From assembly GCA_017435045.1 (NCBI GenBank), contig JAFSFT010000031.1:15274-79273 (forward strand): a stretch of DNA of 64,000 nucleotides, read 5' to 3'. A model generated the notes under the pieces. That model worked only from the letters and a program-made list of their open reading frames with translations. It had not been told where the DNA came from and ran no database searches. Positions within the stretch are counted from its first letter, which is position 1, and each line of letters starts with the position of its first letter. Origin of the DNA: Oscillospiraceae bacterium (GTDB lineage Bacteria; Bacillota; Clostridia; Oscillospirales; Ruminococcaceae). Shown piece by piece: positions 1-10,127 of the stretch. Both the position numbers and the translations under genes were made by a program.

Positions 1-820
1 AAAGGTGTACTGTTGCGATAATTTCGCCCTTGTGTTCCACATCAAAGCTGTAAAAACTCTTGTGTTCCTTTCTTACGTTGCGGCCGATATAGTCGCAGCT
101 GTTTTCAATGCCAAATGTGATAACAGGCACATCAAGGCCTTTTATTGTGCTTGTGGTGTTTTCGTCATCACCGTTGATGATAACGCTGTTCTGTGCCAGC
201 TTTGTAAAACGGTAAAAGCTGTTTTTTAAGTTTTCAAAGGTCTTGAAAAATTCAAGATGGTCGTGGTCGATGTTCAGTACCACTGCCATATATGGCAGCA
301 GTTCAAGGAAGGTGTAGCTGTATTCGCAGGCTTCAATAACAATATTCTCGCCGTTGCCGTCCTTGCCGTAGCCGTTAATCAGCGGCAGCTTGCCGCCTAT
401 AACGCAGGCAGGGTCTTTGTCTGCCATAATGAGAATCTGGCTGATAAGGCTGGTTGTGGTGGTCTTGCCGTGTGTACCGCTTACGCAGATACTTTTTGGG
501 AAAAGACGGCATACTTCGCCCAGCATAATGCTGCGTTCAATGCATGGAATGCCCAGTTCCTTTGCTCTTGCCAGTTCGCAGTTGTCCTTGAATATAGCTG
601 CGGAATAAACCACAAGGTCAGCACCCTCAACCGCATCTGCGGCGTGTGGCAATGTAACCTTTATGCCCATGTTGCGTTCGTAGTTTATAATGTCACCCTC
701 GTTTACGTCACTGCCCGTAATGGTGTATCCTTTGCCGTGCAGTATCTGAATAATAGGGAACATACCGCTGCCGCCGCAGCCGATAAAATGTATAACCTTT
801 TTGCCCTCTAAAATACTCAT
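1..820 (-). CDS. murC: UDP-N-acetylmuramate--L-alanine ligase MurC, N-terminal ~273 codons; the 3' end lies beyond the window
   Basis: Reverse translation from the ATG at 820-818 reads MSILEGKKVIHFIGCGGSGMFPIIQILHGKGYTITGSD...CVSGTHGKTTTTSLISQIL...NIDHDHLEFF. This gives the Mur ligase Rossmann N-domain, the GTHGKTTT P-loop and the DHDH motif. It is missing from the ORF track because no stop codon falls inside the window. The + strand ORFs 257-811 and 390-608 are its antisense. Confidence 0.85.
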   Translation of the reverse strand, partial: MSILEGKKVIHFIGCGGSGMFPIIQILHGKGYTITGSDVNEGDIINYERNMGIKVTLPHAADAVEGADLVVYSAAIFKDNCELARAKELGIPCIERSIMLGEVCRLFPKSICVSGTHGKTTTTSLISQILIMADKDPACVIGGKLPLINGYGKDGNGENIVIEACEYSYTFLELLPYMAVVLNIDHDHLEFFKTFENLKNSFYRFTKLAQNSVIINGDDENTTSTIKGLDVPVITFGIENSCDYIGRNVRKEHKSFYSFDVEHKGEIIATVHL

Positions 821-990
821 ATCAAAATCCTCTTTGGGTAATTATTTTTATACTTTTCTAACATTATATTATACGACATTTTGCAGAAGAAATAAACTGA
901 TTTTTTAAAATTACCGCAAAGGAAATAAAAAACACCCGACTTTTTGGGAAGGCCAGGTGTTCTGTGTTTGGTTATATGACGGGATAAGGG

Positions 991-2490
991 CTACTTTACC
1001 ATTGCATTTTTCAGGTTGACAATATTGCCGAAAGGATTGATGTCAACTCCCGTAAAGTAATCCTTGTATATGTATCTTGCACTGTCGGTGCACATAGGCA
1101 CCATCAGTGCCTGTTCAAGAATTATATTCTGTGCCTTTTCCACATACTGTGCAGCGTTGTCTGTACCTGCATAGGCGGAGATCTTTTCGGCACACTCACC
1201 AATTTCGCTGTTATATTTTGCAAATGGTCCGATAATGTTCAGGATGTTGTTTTCAGCAGGAGTAAAATTTGCAAAGGCAATGTCAAAGCTGCCTTCTGCC
1301 ACACGTTTTTCCAGCTGTGCCATAGGCAGGAATTCCAATGTAAGAAAAGCCCCAAGGTTTTTCTGCCAAAGCTGGTTTATGTTTTCTGCAATTACCGAGT
1401 AAGATACATCGGATGGAATAAGTACGGTAAGACTGCCTGTGGACATCTGTCCAAGTTCTGCAAGCCCCTGCTGCAGCATATTTCTTGCATCTTTATCCAT
1501 ATAGGATGGCCTTGCAGGGGAGATAATTTCGTTTACAGCACTATGGCCAATGGTCATGGACCCTGTAAATACAGAATACTGCTGGGTTACTGCTTCAAGG
1601 TTGGCACCGCTGTTTTCCATAGCATAGCTGTAATAGGCAAAGGCACGGCGTACATCTGCGTTCTGCAGTATTGGAGTTTCGGGGTTGAAAACCATATTGA
1701 AAGTGGAGTTTTCGTAGCTGTACACATTGCCCGATGGTACAGCTTTATCGCCGCTGTCGGCAAAAAAGCCGCTTATCTTGTCGTTTTCGTACAGTTCCTT
1801 GTCAGAGGTTTTTCCGTCCGACAGGGAAATTCGGATGCGGTCAATGCCTTTTTCGTTTTCGTCAACACGCACAAGTGTTGCGTAGCTGCCGTCGTCGGCA
1901 AGGTAGTTTATGGTGAAAGGTCCGTTGGAAAGGATATCATTTACCCTCAGCCCATAGGCCCCGTTTGTCTTTTCAAAAAAGTCCTTGTTACAGGGGAAAG
2001 CAGCAGGCATACACAGCTTTGCGAGAAATTCGTTGTCACTTCTGGACAGCTTTATCTCAAGGGTAAGGTCATCAACTGCTTTTATGCTTTCGATATGGCT
2101 GAAACTGTCGTAGTAAGGGGAATGGGTTTTAGGATTAAGCACCCTTTCCAGTCCAAAGGCAAAATCAGCGGCGGTAACAGGTATCTGTTCCTTTTTGTTC
2201 AGATAAAAGCTGCTGTCTTCGTTCAGATAAAAGGTATATGTCAGCCCGTCAGCAGAGATAGTGTAATCTTTGCATACATTGGGCACAATCTGGCCGCCCT
2301 GATATTCAAACAGACCGTCATAGATGTTTGTCAGAACCAGCAGTTCGTTGTCTTCGTCGGCAACCTGCGGGTCAAAGTTTTTTGGCATCTCCGCCATGGA
2401 TATGGTATATGTGGAGATTGTACCTGCACTGCTGCAGCCGCCCAAAAGGGTGCAGATGCCCAGCAGAACAGCTAAAATTCGTTTTTTCAT
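991..2490 (-). CDS. ABC transporter substrate-binding lipoprotein, family 5 (peptide/nickel type); orphan, with no adjacent permease or ATPase
   Basis: The ORF 991-2562 has an internal start MKKRILAVLLGICTLLGGCSS, which is a lipobox. The family-5 SBP signature is present: NFDPQVADEDNELLVLTNIYDGLFEY...YTISADGLTYTFYLNEDSSF. Start moved to 2490. Confidence 0.8.
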   Translation of the reverse strand: MKKRILAVLLGICTLLGGCSSAGTISTYTISMAEMPKNFDPQVADEDNELLVLTNIYDGLFEYQGGQIVPNVCKDYTISADGLTYTFYLNEDSSFYLNKKEQIPVTAADFAFGLERVLNPKTHSPYYDSFSHIESIKAVDDLTLEIKLSRSDNEFLAKLCMPAAFPCNKDFFEKTNGAYGLRVNDILSNGPFTINYLADDGSYATLVRVDENEKGIDRIRISLSDGKTSDKELYENDKISGFFADSGDKAVPSGNVYSYENSTFNMVFNPETPILQNADVRRAFAYYSYAMENSGANLEAVTQQYSVFTGSMTIGHSAVNEIISPARPSYMDKDARNMLQQGLAELGQMSTGSLTVLIPSDVSYSVIAENINQLWQKNLGAFLTLEFLPMAQLEKRVAEGSFDIAFANFTPAENNILNIIGPFAKYNSEIGECAEKISAYAGTDNAAQYVEKAQNIILEQALMVPMCTDSARYIYKDYFTGVDINPFGNIVNLKNAMVK

Positions 2491-2629
2491 GGAATAAGCT
2501 CCGATATATATAAATTTGCATTGGATAATCGTATATAAAGGCTGAAAATCAGCTTTAAACAATTTATATTACCATACAAACGGAAAAATCACAATATTTA
2601 CATAAGATATTACACATTTTTGTAATATC

Positions 2630-2684
2630 GGCAAACAAAAAGGCTTATCTGCAAAACTGCGGATAAGCCTTGTTTTTTCTGTTT
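2630..2684 (-). terminator. Rho-independent terminator, bidirectional in shape, downstream of the aldo/keto reductase gene
   Basis: 13-bp stem AAGGCTTATCTGC / GCGGATAAGCCTT (2640-2652 / 2659-2671), loop AAAACT. T/A runs on both sides: caaacaaaa on the left and gttttttctgtttt on the right. Confidence 0.65.
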
Positions 2685-2734
2685 TGGGCATTGTATGCCG
2701 CCCATAATTATATGTTCTGCTGAATTATGCGGTT

Positions 2735-3841
2735 TTATGCTTTGGTAAGCTCCTCTGCAATACCGTTGAACTTTGCAATTTCATCAGGAATTGCAATTGC
2801 CTGCGGACATTTTGCAGCACATACACCACAGCCGATACATTCGGTTGGCTGCACCTCAACCTCTTTAAGGTAATCCTTAACAATCCACTGGTTTTTAAAG
2901 GTTTCGTACTTGTTGTAGGTTTCAAAAACCTTTGGAATGTTGATGTTCATAGGACAAGGCATGCAGTATTCGCATTTTGTGCAGTCCACAACCTTGAATG
3001 CGTTGATTTCCTTAAGCACATCAGCGATAACCTTTTCTGCCTTTTCGTCCATTGCAACAGGATTGTTGAAGGTGTTGATGTTGTCTTTAACATGTTCCAT
3101 ATTGCTCATACCGCTGAGAACCATAAACACGCCGTCAAGGCTGTTTGCGTAGCTCAGAGCGAGAGCAGCGGATTTGTTTTCGCCGTAGTTTTCCTCGATT
3201 ATTTTCTGTGCATTCGGCACTGTTTTTGCAAGGAAGCCGCCGCGCACAGGCTCCATAATAACAACAGGGATACCCTTGCTCTTTACAAGCTCATACTCTG
3301 CCTTGTAGTCTTCTCTTTCCATATCGTAGTAGTTGAGCTGCAGCTGGATAAATTCCCAGTCGTAATCGCCGATAAAGTCCTGCAAAGTTGCAAGGTCATC
3401 GTGATAGGAAAAACCTATTTTGCCGATTTTGCCAGCCTCTTTCATACGCTTTACAAAGTCGACAGCACCAAATTCACGCACTTTTTTGATTGTGTCCTTG
3501 TTGAGAGCATGGAGCAGATAGTAGTCAAAATAGCCTGCACCTGTTCTTTCAAGCTGAATGTTGAACAGTTTTTCAAGGTCTTCTTCGCTTTCAACCTTCC
3601 ACATAGGCATCTTGTCTGCAAGTATAAAGCTTTCACGCGGGTAGCGGTCAACAAGTGCAATTTTCATTGCACCTTCGCTCTTTTCGCTGTGATAACCAAA
3701 AGCGGTGTCAAAATAGTTAACCTTGTTTTCAATGGCAAGGTCCACCATAGCTTTAACCTGTTCTATATCAATTTCGTTATTTTCCAGCACAGGCAGTCGC
3801 ATACAGCCAAAGCCAAGGCGGTTTGTAATCTGTTTTTCCAT
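2735..3841 (-). CDS. Aldo/keto reductase with a C-terminal 2x[4Fe-4S] ferredoxin-like domain
   Basis: 368 aa. N-terminus MEKQITNRLGFGCMRLP...YFDTAFGYH is typical AKR. C-terminus carries two Cys clusters: CTKCEYCMPCP and CIGCGVCAAKCP. Confidence 0.85.
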   Translation of the reverse strand: MEKQITNRLGFGCMRLPVLENNEIDIEQVKAMVDLAIENKVNYFDTAFGYHSEKSEGAMKIALVDRYPRESFILADKMPMWKVESEEDLEKLFNIQLERTGAGYFDYYLLHALNKDTIKKVREFGAVDFVKRMKEAGKIGKIGFSYHDDLATLQDFIGDYDWEFIQLQLNYYDMEREDYKAEYELVKSKGIPVVIMEPVRGGFLAKTVPNAQKIIEENYGENKSAALALSYANSLDGVFMVLSGMSNMEHVKDNINTFNNPVAMDEKAEKVIADVLKEINAFKVVDCTKCEYCMPCPMNINIPKVFETYNKYETFKNQWIVKDYLKEVEVQPTECIGCGVCAAKCPQAIAIPDEIAKFNGIAEELTKA

Positions 3842-3968
3842 AATCTGCTCCTTTTATGTAAATCTGATTGTATAAAATCTATTATGAAATATATTTTATC
3901 ACATCAACATCACAATTGCCATAGAATATAACAGAATATATGCAGATATTTTGAGAGAGGGGATTTTT

Positions 3969-4529
3969 ATGGTTATAAAAATATTCATCGACCAGGGACA
4001 CAACCCTTCGGGTTTCAATACAGGGGCCGAGGGCAACGGCCTGCGGGAGCAGGACATAACCTATAACGTGGGTATACAGCTGGCACAGCTGCTGCGGCAG
4101 GACGAAAGGTTTGAGGTGCTTACAAGCCGCACCTGTATATCGCAGATTGTGGGATACTCCAACTCCACCAGTCTTGAGGAGAGGGCATGGCGTGCAAACT
4201 GGTGGGGTGCAGATTATTTTCTCAGCATACACTGCAATTCCTCCACAAACCCCACAGCGACGGGCAGTGAGATTTTTGTATACCGCAGCCAGACCCGTGC
4301 CTATTTTATGGCACAGGATATCCTGCAGCAGATAAGCGAGCAGCTGCAGATGAGAAAACGCGGAGTTAAAATCAATCCTGCATATTATGTGCTGCGCAAC
4401 ACAAATATGCCTGCACTGCTTATTGAACTGGCATTTATCACAAATCCGTCCGATGCACAGAAGCTGGAAAACGACCAGGCACTTTTTGCACAGGCTATAT
4501 ACGACGGGCTGGTAGAATATCTGTTCTGA
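3969..4529 (+). CDS. N-acetylmuramoyl-L-alanine amidase (Amidase_3 family)
   Basis: MVIKIFIDQGHNPSGFNTGAEGNGLREQDITYNV...YFLSIHCNS...PALLIELAFITNPSD. ATG at 3969 follows the purine-rich gagagagggga. The track ORF begins at a TTG at 3951. Confidence 0.8.
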   Translation: MVIKIFIDQGHNPSGFNTGAEGNGLREQDITYNVGIQLAQLLRQDERFEVLTSRTCISQIVGYSNSTSLEERAWRANWWGADYFLSIHCNSSTNPTATGSEIFVYRSQTRAYFMAQDILQQISEQLQMRKRGVKINPAYYVLRNTNMPALLIELAFITNPSDAQKLENDQALFAQAIYDGLVEYLF

Positions 4530-4540
4530 TATATGCGTTA

Positions 4541-4588
4541 CAGGGAATGCCGTTCCGCATACAGTGAGGAATGGCATCCTGTTTTTTG
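4541..4588 (+). terminator. Probable Rho-independent terminator after the amidase gene
   Basis: Imperfect ~14-bp stem, cagggaatgccgttcc / ggaatggcatcctg with two bulges, followed by TTTTTT (4582-4587). Confidence 0.5.
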
Positions 4589-4726
4589 GCAAAAATACTG
4601 TAGAAAAGGCAGAGTTTATGGGATAAAAAAGCCTTGATAACTGTCTGCTTTTAGTGTATAGTATTTATGGGAAAAAATAACCCATTATAATGGAATAAAT
4701 ATTTATATATATTTTGGAGAAATCAG

Positions 4727-5443
4727 ATGTTAGAACTTAAAAATATTTGCTACTCCGTTGACACAAAGGACGGCGTAAAAAATATACTCAAAGACGTAAG
4801 TCTCAAAATTGACGACAGATTTGTTGTTATCACAGGCCCTAACGGCTCGGGCAAATCCACCCTTGCAAAGATAATTGCAGGCATTATCCAGCCTACAAGC
4901 GGCCAGATTTTGCTGGATGGTGTGGATATCACAGAAAAGTCCATCACAGAGCGTGCACATCTCGGCGTAAGCTTTGCTTTTCAGCAGCCTGTACGCTTTA
5001 AAGGCATTACAGTGCATGATCTTATCAGCCTTGCAGCAGGCGAAGAACTCAACATCGGCAAGGCATGCGAATATCTGTCCGAAGTTGGTCTGTGTGCAAG
5101 AGACTATATCCACCGCGAAGTTAATGCTTCCCTTTCAGGCGGCGAGCTCAAGCGTATTGAAATTGCAATGATTCTTGCACGCGGCACAAAGCTCTCTCTC
5201 TTTGACGAGCCTGAAGCAGGTATTGACCTGTGGAGCTTCCAGAGTCTTATCAAGGTGTTTGAAAATATGCACCGCACCATCAAGGGAAACATCCTCATAA
5301 TCTCCCATCAGGAAAGAATTCTCAACTTTGCAGACCAGATTGTTCTCCTCTCTGACGGCGAAATCAAGAAAATAGGTACAAAGGACGAGGTTATGCCTCT
5401 TATCCTCAACCCAAATCCTGTCTGCGAACAGATTAAAGTTTAA
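4727..5443 (+). CDS. sufC: SufC-like Fe-S cluster assembly ABC ATPase
   Basis: Walker A GPNGSGKST, signature LSGGELKR, Walker B LSLFDEPEAGIDL, H-loop ISHQ. Followed 18 nt later by a SufB/D-like gene. Confidence 0.75.
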   Translation: MLELKNICYSVDTKDGVKNILKDVSLKIDDRFVVITGPNGSGKSTLAKIIAGIIQPTSGQILLDGVDITEKSITERAHLGVSFAFQQPVRFKGITVHDLISLAAGEELNIGKACEYLSEVGLCARDYIHREVNASLSGGELKRIEIAMILARGTKLSLFDEPEAGIDLWSFQSLIKVFENMHRTIKGNILIISHQERILNFADQIVLLSDGEIKKIGTKDEVMPLILNPNPVCEQIKV

Positions 5444-5461
5444 ACCAAGGAGGAATGTAAA

Positions 5462-6385
5462 ATGGCTATTGATGCAATTCAGAAGGACCTTTTGGAAAAG
5501 ATTGCAGACCTGCATGATGTTCCTCAGGGCGCATACAACATCCGCGCAAACGGCGAAGCTGCAGCACGCAGCACAACAGCAAATATCGATATCGTAACAA
5601 AAACAGATAAACCGGGCATTGATATCATAATCAAGGCAGGCACAAAGAATGAAAGCGTGCACATCCCTGTAGTTATCAGCCAGACAGGCCACACAGAGAT
5701 GGTTTACAACGACTTTTTCATCGGCGAAGATGCTGACGTTACCATCGTTGCAGGCTGCGGCATCCACAACACAGGTGACAGCGAATCCCGTCACGACGGT
5801 ATCCACACATTCTATGTGGGCAAAAATGCAAAAATCCGTTATGTTGAAAAACACTACGGTGCAGGGGACGGAAACGGCCAGAACGTTATGAACCCTACAA
5901 CAGTTATCAATATGGAGGAAGGCAGCTATGTTGAAATGGATACAGTTCAGATCAAAGGTGTTGACTCCACAGACCGTGTAACAAAAGCTGTGCTTGCAAA
6001 GGGCGCAACCCTTATCGTAAGCGAAAAGCTTATGACACACGGCAAACAGAACGCAACAACAAAGTTCGAGGTTGACCTTGACGGCGAAAACAGTGCAACA
6101 CACGTTATCAGCCGTTCTGTTGCAAGGGATAACTCCACACAGCTTTTCCTCTCCAATGTAAACGGCAACAATGCCTGCAACGGCCACACAGAATGTGACG
6201 CTATCGTTATGGACAATGCTGTTGTAAGTGCAATTCCGCAGATTAAGGCAAACCACACAGACGCAAGCCTTATCCACGAAGCTGCAATCGGCAAAATTGC
6301 AGGCGAACAGCTTATCAAGCTGATGACTCTCGGTCTCAGCGAAAAGGAAGCAGAAGAACAGATTATCAACGGCTTCCTCAAATAA
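5462..6385 (+). CDS. SufB/SufD family protein (short form)
   Basis: 307 aa. C-terminal SLIHEAAIGKIAGEQLIKLMTLGLSEKEAEEQIINGFL matches the conserved SufB/D C-terminus. Paired with the SufC-like ATPase. Confidence 0.75.
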   Translation: MAIDAIQKDLLEKIADLHDVPQGAYNIRANGEAAARSTTANIDIVTKTDKPGIDIIIKAGTKNESVHIPVVISQTGHTEMVYNDFFIGEDADVTIVAGCGIHNTGDSESRHDGIHTFYVGKNAKIRYVEKHYGAGDGNGQNVMNPTTVINMEEGSYVEMDTVQIKGVDSTDRVTKAVLAKGATLIVSEKLMTHGKQNATTKFEVDLDGENSATHVISRSVARDNSTQLFLSNVNGNNACNGHTECDAIVMDNAVVSAIPQIKANHTDASLIHEAAIGKIAGEQLIKLMTLGLSEKEAEEQIINGFLK

Positions 6386-6409
6386 GCGGCGTATATAACA
6401 AACTGAAAA

Positions 6410-6431
6410 GGGAGAGATATCTCCCTTTTTT
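6410..6431 (+). terminator. Rho-independent terminator after the suf-like pair
   Basis: GGGAGA-GATA-TCTCCC followed by TTTTTT. Confidence 0.7.
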
Positions 6432-6493
6432 GATACTGTTTTCCTTGTTGCAAAGGTGTATCAGCATTTCTGTTTTGAGTAAAGGAGTACATT

Positions 6494-6862
6494 ATGTACG
6501 GCATAGGTGTGGATATTGTGTCCATTGACAGAATAGAAAAAAGTCTCGGTCGGGAAAGCTTTCTTACAAAGGTGTACGGAGCAAGGGAAATTGCTCTTTT
6601 TGCCGCAGAAGACAGAACAAAGACAAATTCCCTTGCGGCAAACTTTGCGGCAAAAGAGGCCTTTTCCAAGGCGTTGGGTACAGGTGTGCGGGGCTTTGAA
6701 CTGACCGAGGTGGAAATACTCCGTGACGATATGGGAAAACCCTATTTTTACCTTTCGGGAAAGGCAAAGGAAATTGCCGAAAGCAGAAACCTTGTTTTTG
6801 CAGTCTCGCTCTCCCACGAAAAGGACAAGGCTATTGCGTTTGTTGTTGCAGAACAGAAATAG
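6494..6862 (+). CDS. acpS: Holo-[acyl-carrier-protein] synthase
   Basis: 122 aa. MYGIGVDIVSIDRIEKS...FAAKEAFSKALGTG...SLSHEKDKAIAFVV is the canonical AcpS pattern. Confidence 0.9.
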   Translation: MYGIGVDIVSIDRIEKSLGRESFLTKVYGAREIALFAAEDRTKTNSLAANFAAKEAFSKALGTGVRGFELTEVEILRDDMGKPYFYLSGKAKEIAESRNLVFAVSLSHEKDKAIAFVVAEQK

Positions 6863-6932
6863 ATACGCAAAATCCCAAAAATATACCAATGCAGATTTTA
6901 CTGCAGAATTCTACATATCGGAGACAATTAGA

Positions 6933-7595
6933 ATGAAACAACAGATTATCCGTTTTTTCGAGATGCTGCTGGGTATAACCGCAGTATGTGCAGGTGCGGC
7001 ACTGGGTATTATTGCTGCCCTCGGCCAGACAACCTCCACAGGCACAAGCTGGTCCATTGCAGGGGCACTTGGCATCAAGGTGGGGTATGGCCTTATAATT
7101 CTCTACGGCTTCTTTATGCTGCTGCAGATGATTGCCCTTGGCAGAAACTTTAAAATCACAGCGTTTATACAGATAGTTCCTGTGGTGCTTCACGGCTGGA
7201 TTCTCAACTTTTTCAAATACGATTTTCCGCCTTTCCTTGCACTCAACCCACAGACCTACGGCGAAAGATTTTTAATCTATGCCATCGGCGTTGTGCTTAT
7301 AAGCTTTGGCTTTACCTGTACAAAAAACTCCCGTTTTGCCAACTATCCGCCCGAAACCTTCTGTGCACTTATGAGCGAGAGGGCGGGTATACGCTTTGGC
7401 ACAGGCAAGATTATAATGGACTTTTTCTATGTGGCAACAAGCCTTGCACTGTGCTTCCTTTTTAAAATGGATTATGGTGTTGTCCGTGAAGGCACACTGA
7501 TTTTTGCGGTGGCAAACGGCACACTGATAAACCTTTTCCAGCCTTATGTGGAAAAGCTGTTCTGTGCAGTGGAAAAACACTGTGATATAAACTGA
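6933..7595 (+). CDS. Polytopic membrane protein (YczE/YitT-like), function unknown
   Basis: ATG at 6933 (MKQQIIRFFEMLLGITAVCAGAALGII...), in frame within the track ORF 6723-7595, whose 5' part overlaps acpS. Several hydrophobic segments. Confidence 0.6.
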   Translation: MKQQIIRFFEMLLGITAVCAGAALGIIAALGQTTSTGTSWSIAGALGIKVGYGLIILYGFFMLLQMIALGRNFKITAFIQIVPVVLHGWILNFFKYDFPPFLALNPQTYGERFLIYAIGVVLISFGFTCTKNSRFANYPPETFCALMSERAGIRFGTGKIIMDFFYVATSLALCFLFKMDYGVVREGTLIFAVANGTLINLFQPYVEKLFCAVEKHCDIN

Positions 7596-7604
7596 ATATA
7601 AAAC

Positions 7605-7650
7605 AAATGTCATTCTGCTGGAATAATCCCCGTGGAATGACATTTTTGTT
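7605..7650. terminator. Bidirectional terminator between convergent genes
   Basis: 11-bp stem AAATGTCATTC (7605-7615) / GAATGACATTT (7635-7645), followed by ttgtt. Sits between the + gene ending at 7595 and the - gene ending at 7691. Confidence 0.6.
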
Positions 7651-7690
7651 ATATGCATATTGAAGTTTAAGAGTTGTCGGTATCAATACA

Positions 7691-8602
7691 TCAGCATCTG
7701 GCTTTTAAACGAAATTCTTTTGGTGTGCAGCCTTTAATCTTTCTGAAACATCGGGTAAAATAGCTGAAATCCTGAAAACCGCACTTTAAAGCGACTGCAG
7801 ATATCTTTTCGCTGCTTTGTGTCAGCATATCTGCTGCTCTGTGTATGCGGTATTCGATAAGATACTGTATTGGTGTGGTGTTTATGGTGCTGTGGAAGCA
7901 GCGCAGACATTCGCTTTCGCTTACCATTGCTGCTGTGGCAATATCCCTGATAGAGATATCCTCGGCAAAATTGGAGTGTATAAAGGACAGCATGGTTTTG
8001 GTTCTGTCAGCACGGCGCAGAGGCTTAATGCTGGAACTTTCGCCAAGGGCAGGAAGCTGCCGCCATGTATTGAATATAATGTGCGAAAGTTGTTCTCTTA
8101 TCACAAACTCATATCCTTCATTGGCGTTTTTTAAAGCGGAATATACCTCTGCGATGGATTTTGCTGCATCTTTCTGCCAGCCGATACGTCTGTCCAGCAT
8201 AAAACCCGAAAAACTTTTGTTCTCGGTAAATGCACGCAGATATTTCTGCCAGAATATGCTGTCTGTGCTGCCAAGAAGTCTTGGGTGAAACACAACCGAG
8301 CGGAAAAGGCCTCCGTTGCTTCCATCTCCGACAATGCTGTGCAGGGTGCCACAGTTGATGATAAATCCGTTTCCGGCCGTTACTGTGTGTTTTTCACTGT
8401 CCGTCAGCACGGTGGCAGTGCCCGACTCTACAATCATAAACTCAAAGTCGTCATGCCAATGCCATGGAATATATTCACCGGCAAGGTCAGTTTCGTAGCA
8501 GGCTATGGGAAATATGGCGCTGCCATGTTCGGTAAGTTCTCTGCCGTATTTGTCGGTGGCTATGCAGCTGTGTTCATTATGAGTTGTGTTTTGTTCTGTC
8601 AT
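7691..8602 (-). CDS. AraC family transcriptional regulator with an N-terminal cupin sensor domain
   Basis: 303 aa. Cupin-like HWHDDFEFMIVESGTA. C-terminal double HTH: IRDIATAAMVSESECLRCFH...ISAVALKCGFQDFSYFTRCFRK. Confidence 0.85.
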   Translation of the reverse strand: MTEQNTTHNEHSCIATDKYGRELTEHGSAIFPIACYETDLAGEYIPWHWHDDFEFMIVESGTATVLTDSEKHTVTAGNGFIINCGTLHSIVGDGSNGGLFRSVVFHPRLLGSTDSIFWQKYLRAFTENKSFSGFMLDRRIGWQKDAAKSIAEVYSALKNANEGYEFVIREQLSHIIFNTWRQLPALGESSSIKPLRRADRTKTMLSFIHSNFAEDISIRDIATAAMVSESECLRCFHSTINTTPIQYLIEYRIHRAADMLTQSSEKISAVALKCGFQDFSYFTRCFRKIKGCTPKEFRLKARC

Positions 8603-8733
8603 GGAGATTTTATCCTAAAAAAGTGGGAGTTTTATCCTATAAAATAATAATTTTTGCTGATATAATCATATCAAAAGTAAAAGGGAGTTGCAACACTCAG
8701 ATAAGGAAAAATATTTTATACAGGAGCTGTAAG

Positions 8734-9981
8734 ATGCCACATCTTCTTTTGATAATTATTTATATATCTTTTATAAGTCTTGGCCTGCCGGATGCACTGC
8801 TTGGGTCGGCATGGCCTGTTATACATACGCAGTTCGGGGTGGAGGTTTCCACCGCGGGTATAATAACCGCAACAATTTCAGCCTGCACGGTAATCTCAAG
8901 CCTTTTCAGCGAAAGGATAATCTTCCGTTTCGGCACAGGCAGGGTAACAGCCGTAAGTACAGCCATGACCGCTGTGGCACTGCTTGGCTTTTCTGCCAGC
9001 GGCAGCCTTTGGATGATGTGCCTGTGTGCAATACCTCTGGGTCTGGGTGCAGGCAGCATTGACGCAGGCCTCAACAACTACGTTGCGGTGCACTACGCAA
9101 GCCGCCATATGAGCTGGCTGCACTGTATGTGGGCCGTTGGTGCAGCGGCAGGGCCTTACATTATGGGCTTTGTGCTGGCAAAGGGCAAAGGGTGGAATAT
9201 GGGCTATGTTTCTGTAGGTACAGTGCAGATGTTGCTTGCTTTGCTGCTTTTGGCGGCAGTTCCGCTGTGGAGAAAAGTCGGTACAGGCACACCGGTTAAA
9301 GCAGTGTCCGAAACATCCGAAACATCAAAAACATCTGACAATAGCGGCAAAAAAGGGAAATGTGGCAGAAAAACCGCAGACAGCACAGCAAAAACACGCC
9401 CCCTCAAGCTTAAAGAGGTTGTAGCAATAAAAGGGGCAAAACCTGTAATGCTTACATTTTTCAGCTTCTGTCTGGTGGAACAGACAGCCCTTGTATGGGC
9501 GGCAAGCTATTTTGCCCTTGGCCACGGACTGACTGCCGAAAAAGCGGCAGTGTTCGGCGCAGCCTGCATAACAGGGGAGATGCTGGGCAGATTTCTCTGC
9601 GGTTTTATGACATATAAATTCAGCGATGTACAGATGATTCGTCTCGGGCAGGGACTTATTGTGGCAGGTGTGGTTATAATGATGCTGCCATTTGGCAGTG
9701 CAATTGCCGCAGCAGGCATATTTGTGGCAGGCCTCGGCATAGCACCAATTTACCCCTGTCTTATGCATATGACACCGATAAACTTCGGAGAAGATAAATC
9801 ACAGGCAATTATGGGCGTGCAGACAGCATCCGCCTGCCTTGGCAGCTGCCTTGCACCACCTGTCTTCGGTTTTATTGCACAGCATACGGGTATGCTTGTG
9901 CTGCCGGTATTTATGCTCATAGGCACGGTGGTAATGTACCTTGCACATGAAAAGGTTGTCAAAAAGGACAAAAGCCAATAG
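8734..9981 (+). CDS. MFS transporter with a long Ser/Thr/Lys-rich central loop
   Basis: Start moved to the ATG at 8734 (MPHLLLIIIYISFISLGLPDALLGSAWP). The track ORF start at 8584 would overlap the divergent AraC gene. About 12 hydrophobic segments, with loop VSETSETSKTSDNSGKKGKCGRKTADSTAKTRP between the two halves. Confidence 0.8.
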   Translation: MPHLLLIIIYISFISLGLPDALLGSAWPVIHTQFGVEVSTAGIITATISACTVISSLFSERIIFRFGTGRVTAVSTAMTAVALLGFSASGSLWMMCLCAIPLGLGAGSIDAGLNNYVAVHYASRHMSWLHCMWAVGAAAGPYIMGFVLAKGKGWNMGYVSVGTVQMLLALLLLAAVPLWRKVGTGTPVKAVSETSETSKTSDNSGKKGKCGRKTADSTAKTRPLKLKEVVAIKGAKPVMLTFFSFCLVEQTALVWAASYFALGHGLTAEKAAVFGAACITGEMLGRFLCGFMTYKFSDVQMIRLGQGLIVAGVVIMMLPFGSAIAAAGIFVAGLGIAPIYPCLMHMTPINFGEDKSQAIMGVQTASACLGSCLAPPVFGFIAQHTGMLVLPVFMLIGTVVMYLAHEKVVKKDKSQ

Positions 9982-9994
9982 TTTTTAATATAAA

Positions 9995-10041
9995 AGGACA
10001 GCAGCAGGACACATAATGCGTGTTCGGCTGCTGCCTTTTTG
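9995..10041 (+). terminator. Probable terminator after the MFS gene
   Basis: GGaCAGCAGC ... GCTGCTGCC stem with one bulge, followed by TTTTT (10036-10040). Confidence 0.5.
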
Positions 10042-10127
10042 TCTGTATGTTATTTTGTACAAAAAATACACTTGCTTTTTTATTATATAATATGCTATTA
10101 TATTTCAGTATTAATATAAATTCGCTT

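Noticed and set aside
8584-8733. The 5' extension of the MFS ORF (start at 8584) and the similar 5' extensions of ORFs 6723-7595, 991-2562, 28701-29822 and 30701-32335.
   Set aside because: The extensions overlap neighbouring genes or promoter regions and encode non-protein-like sequence. Internal starts with RBS-like sequences and proper signal or TM N-termini are more plausible.
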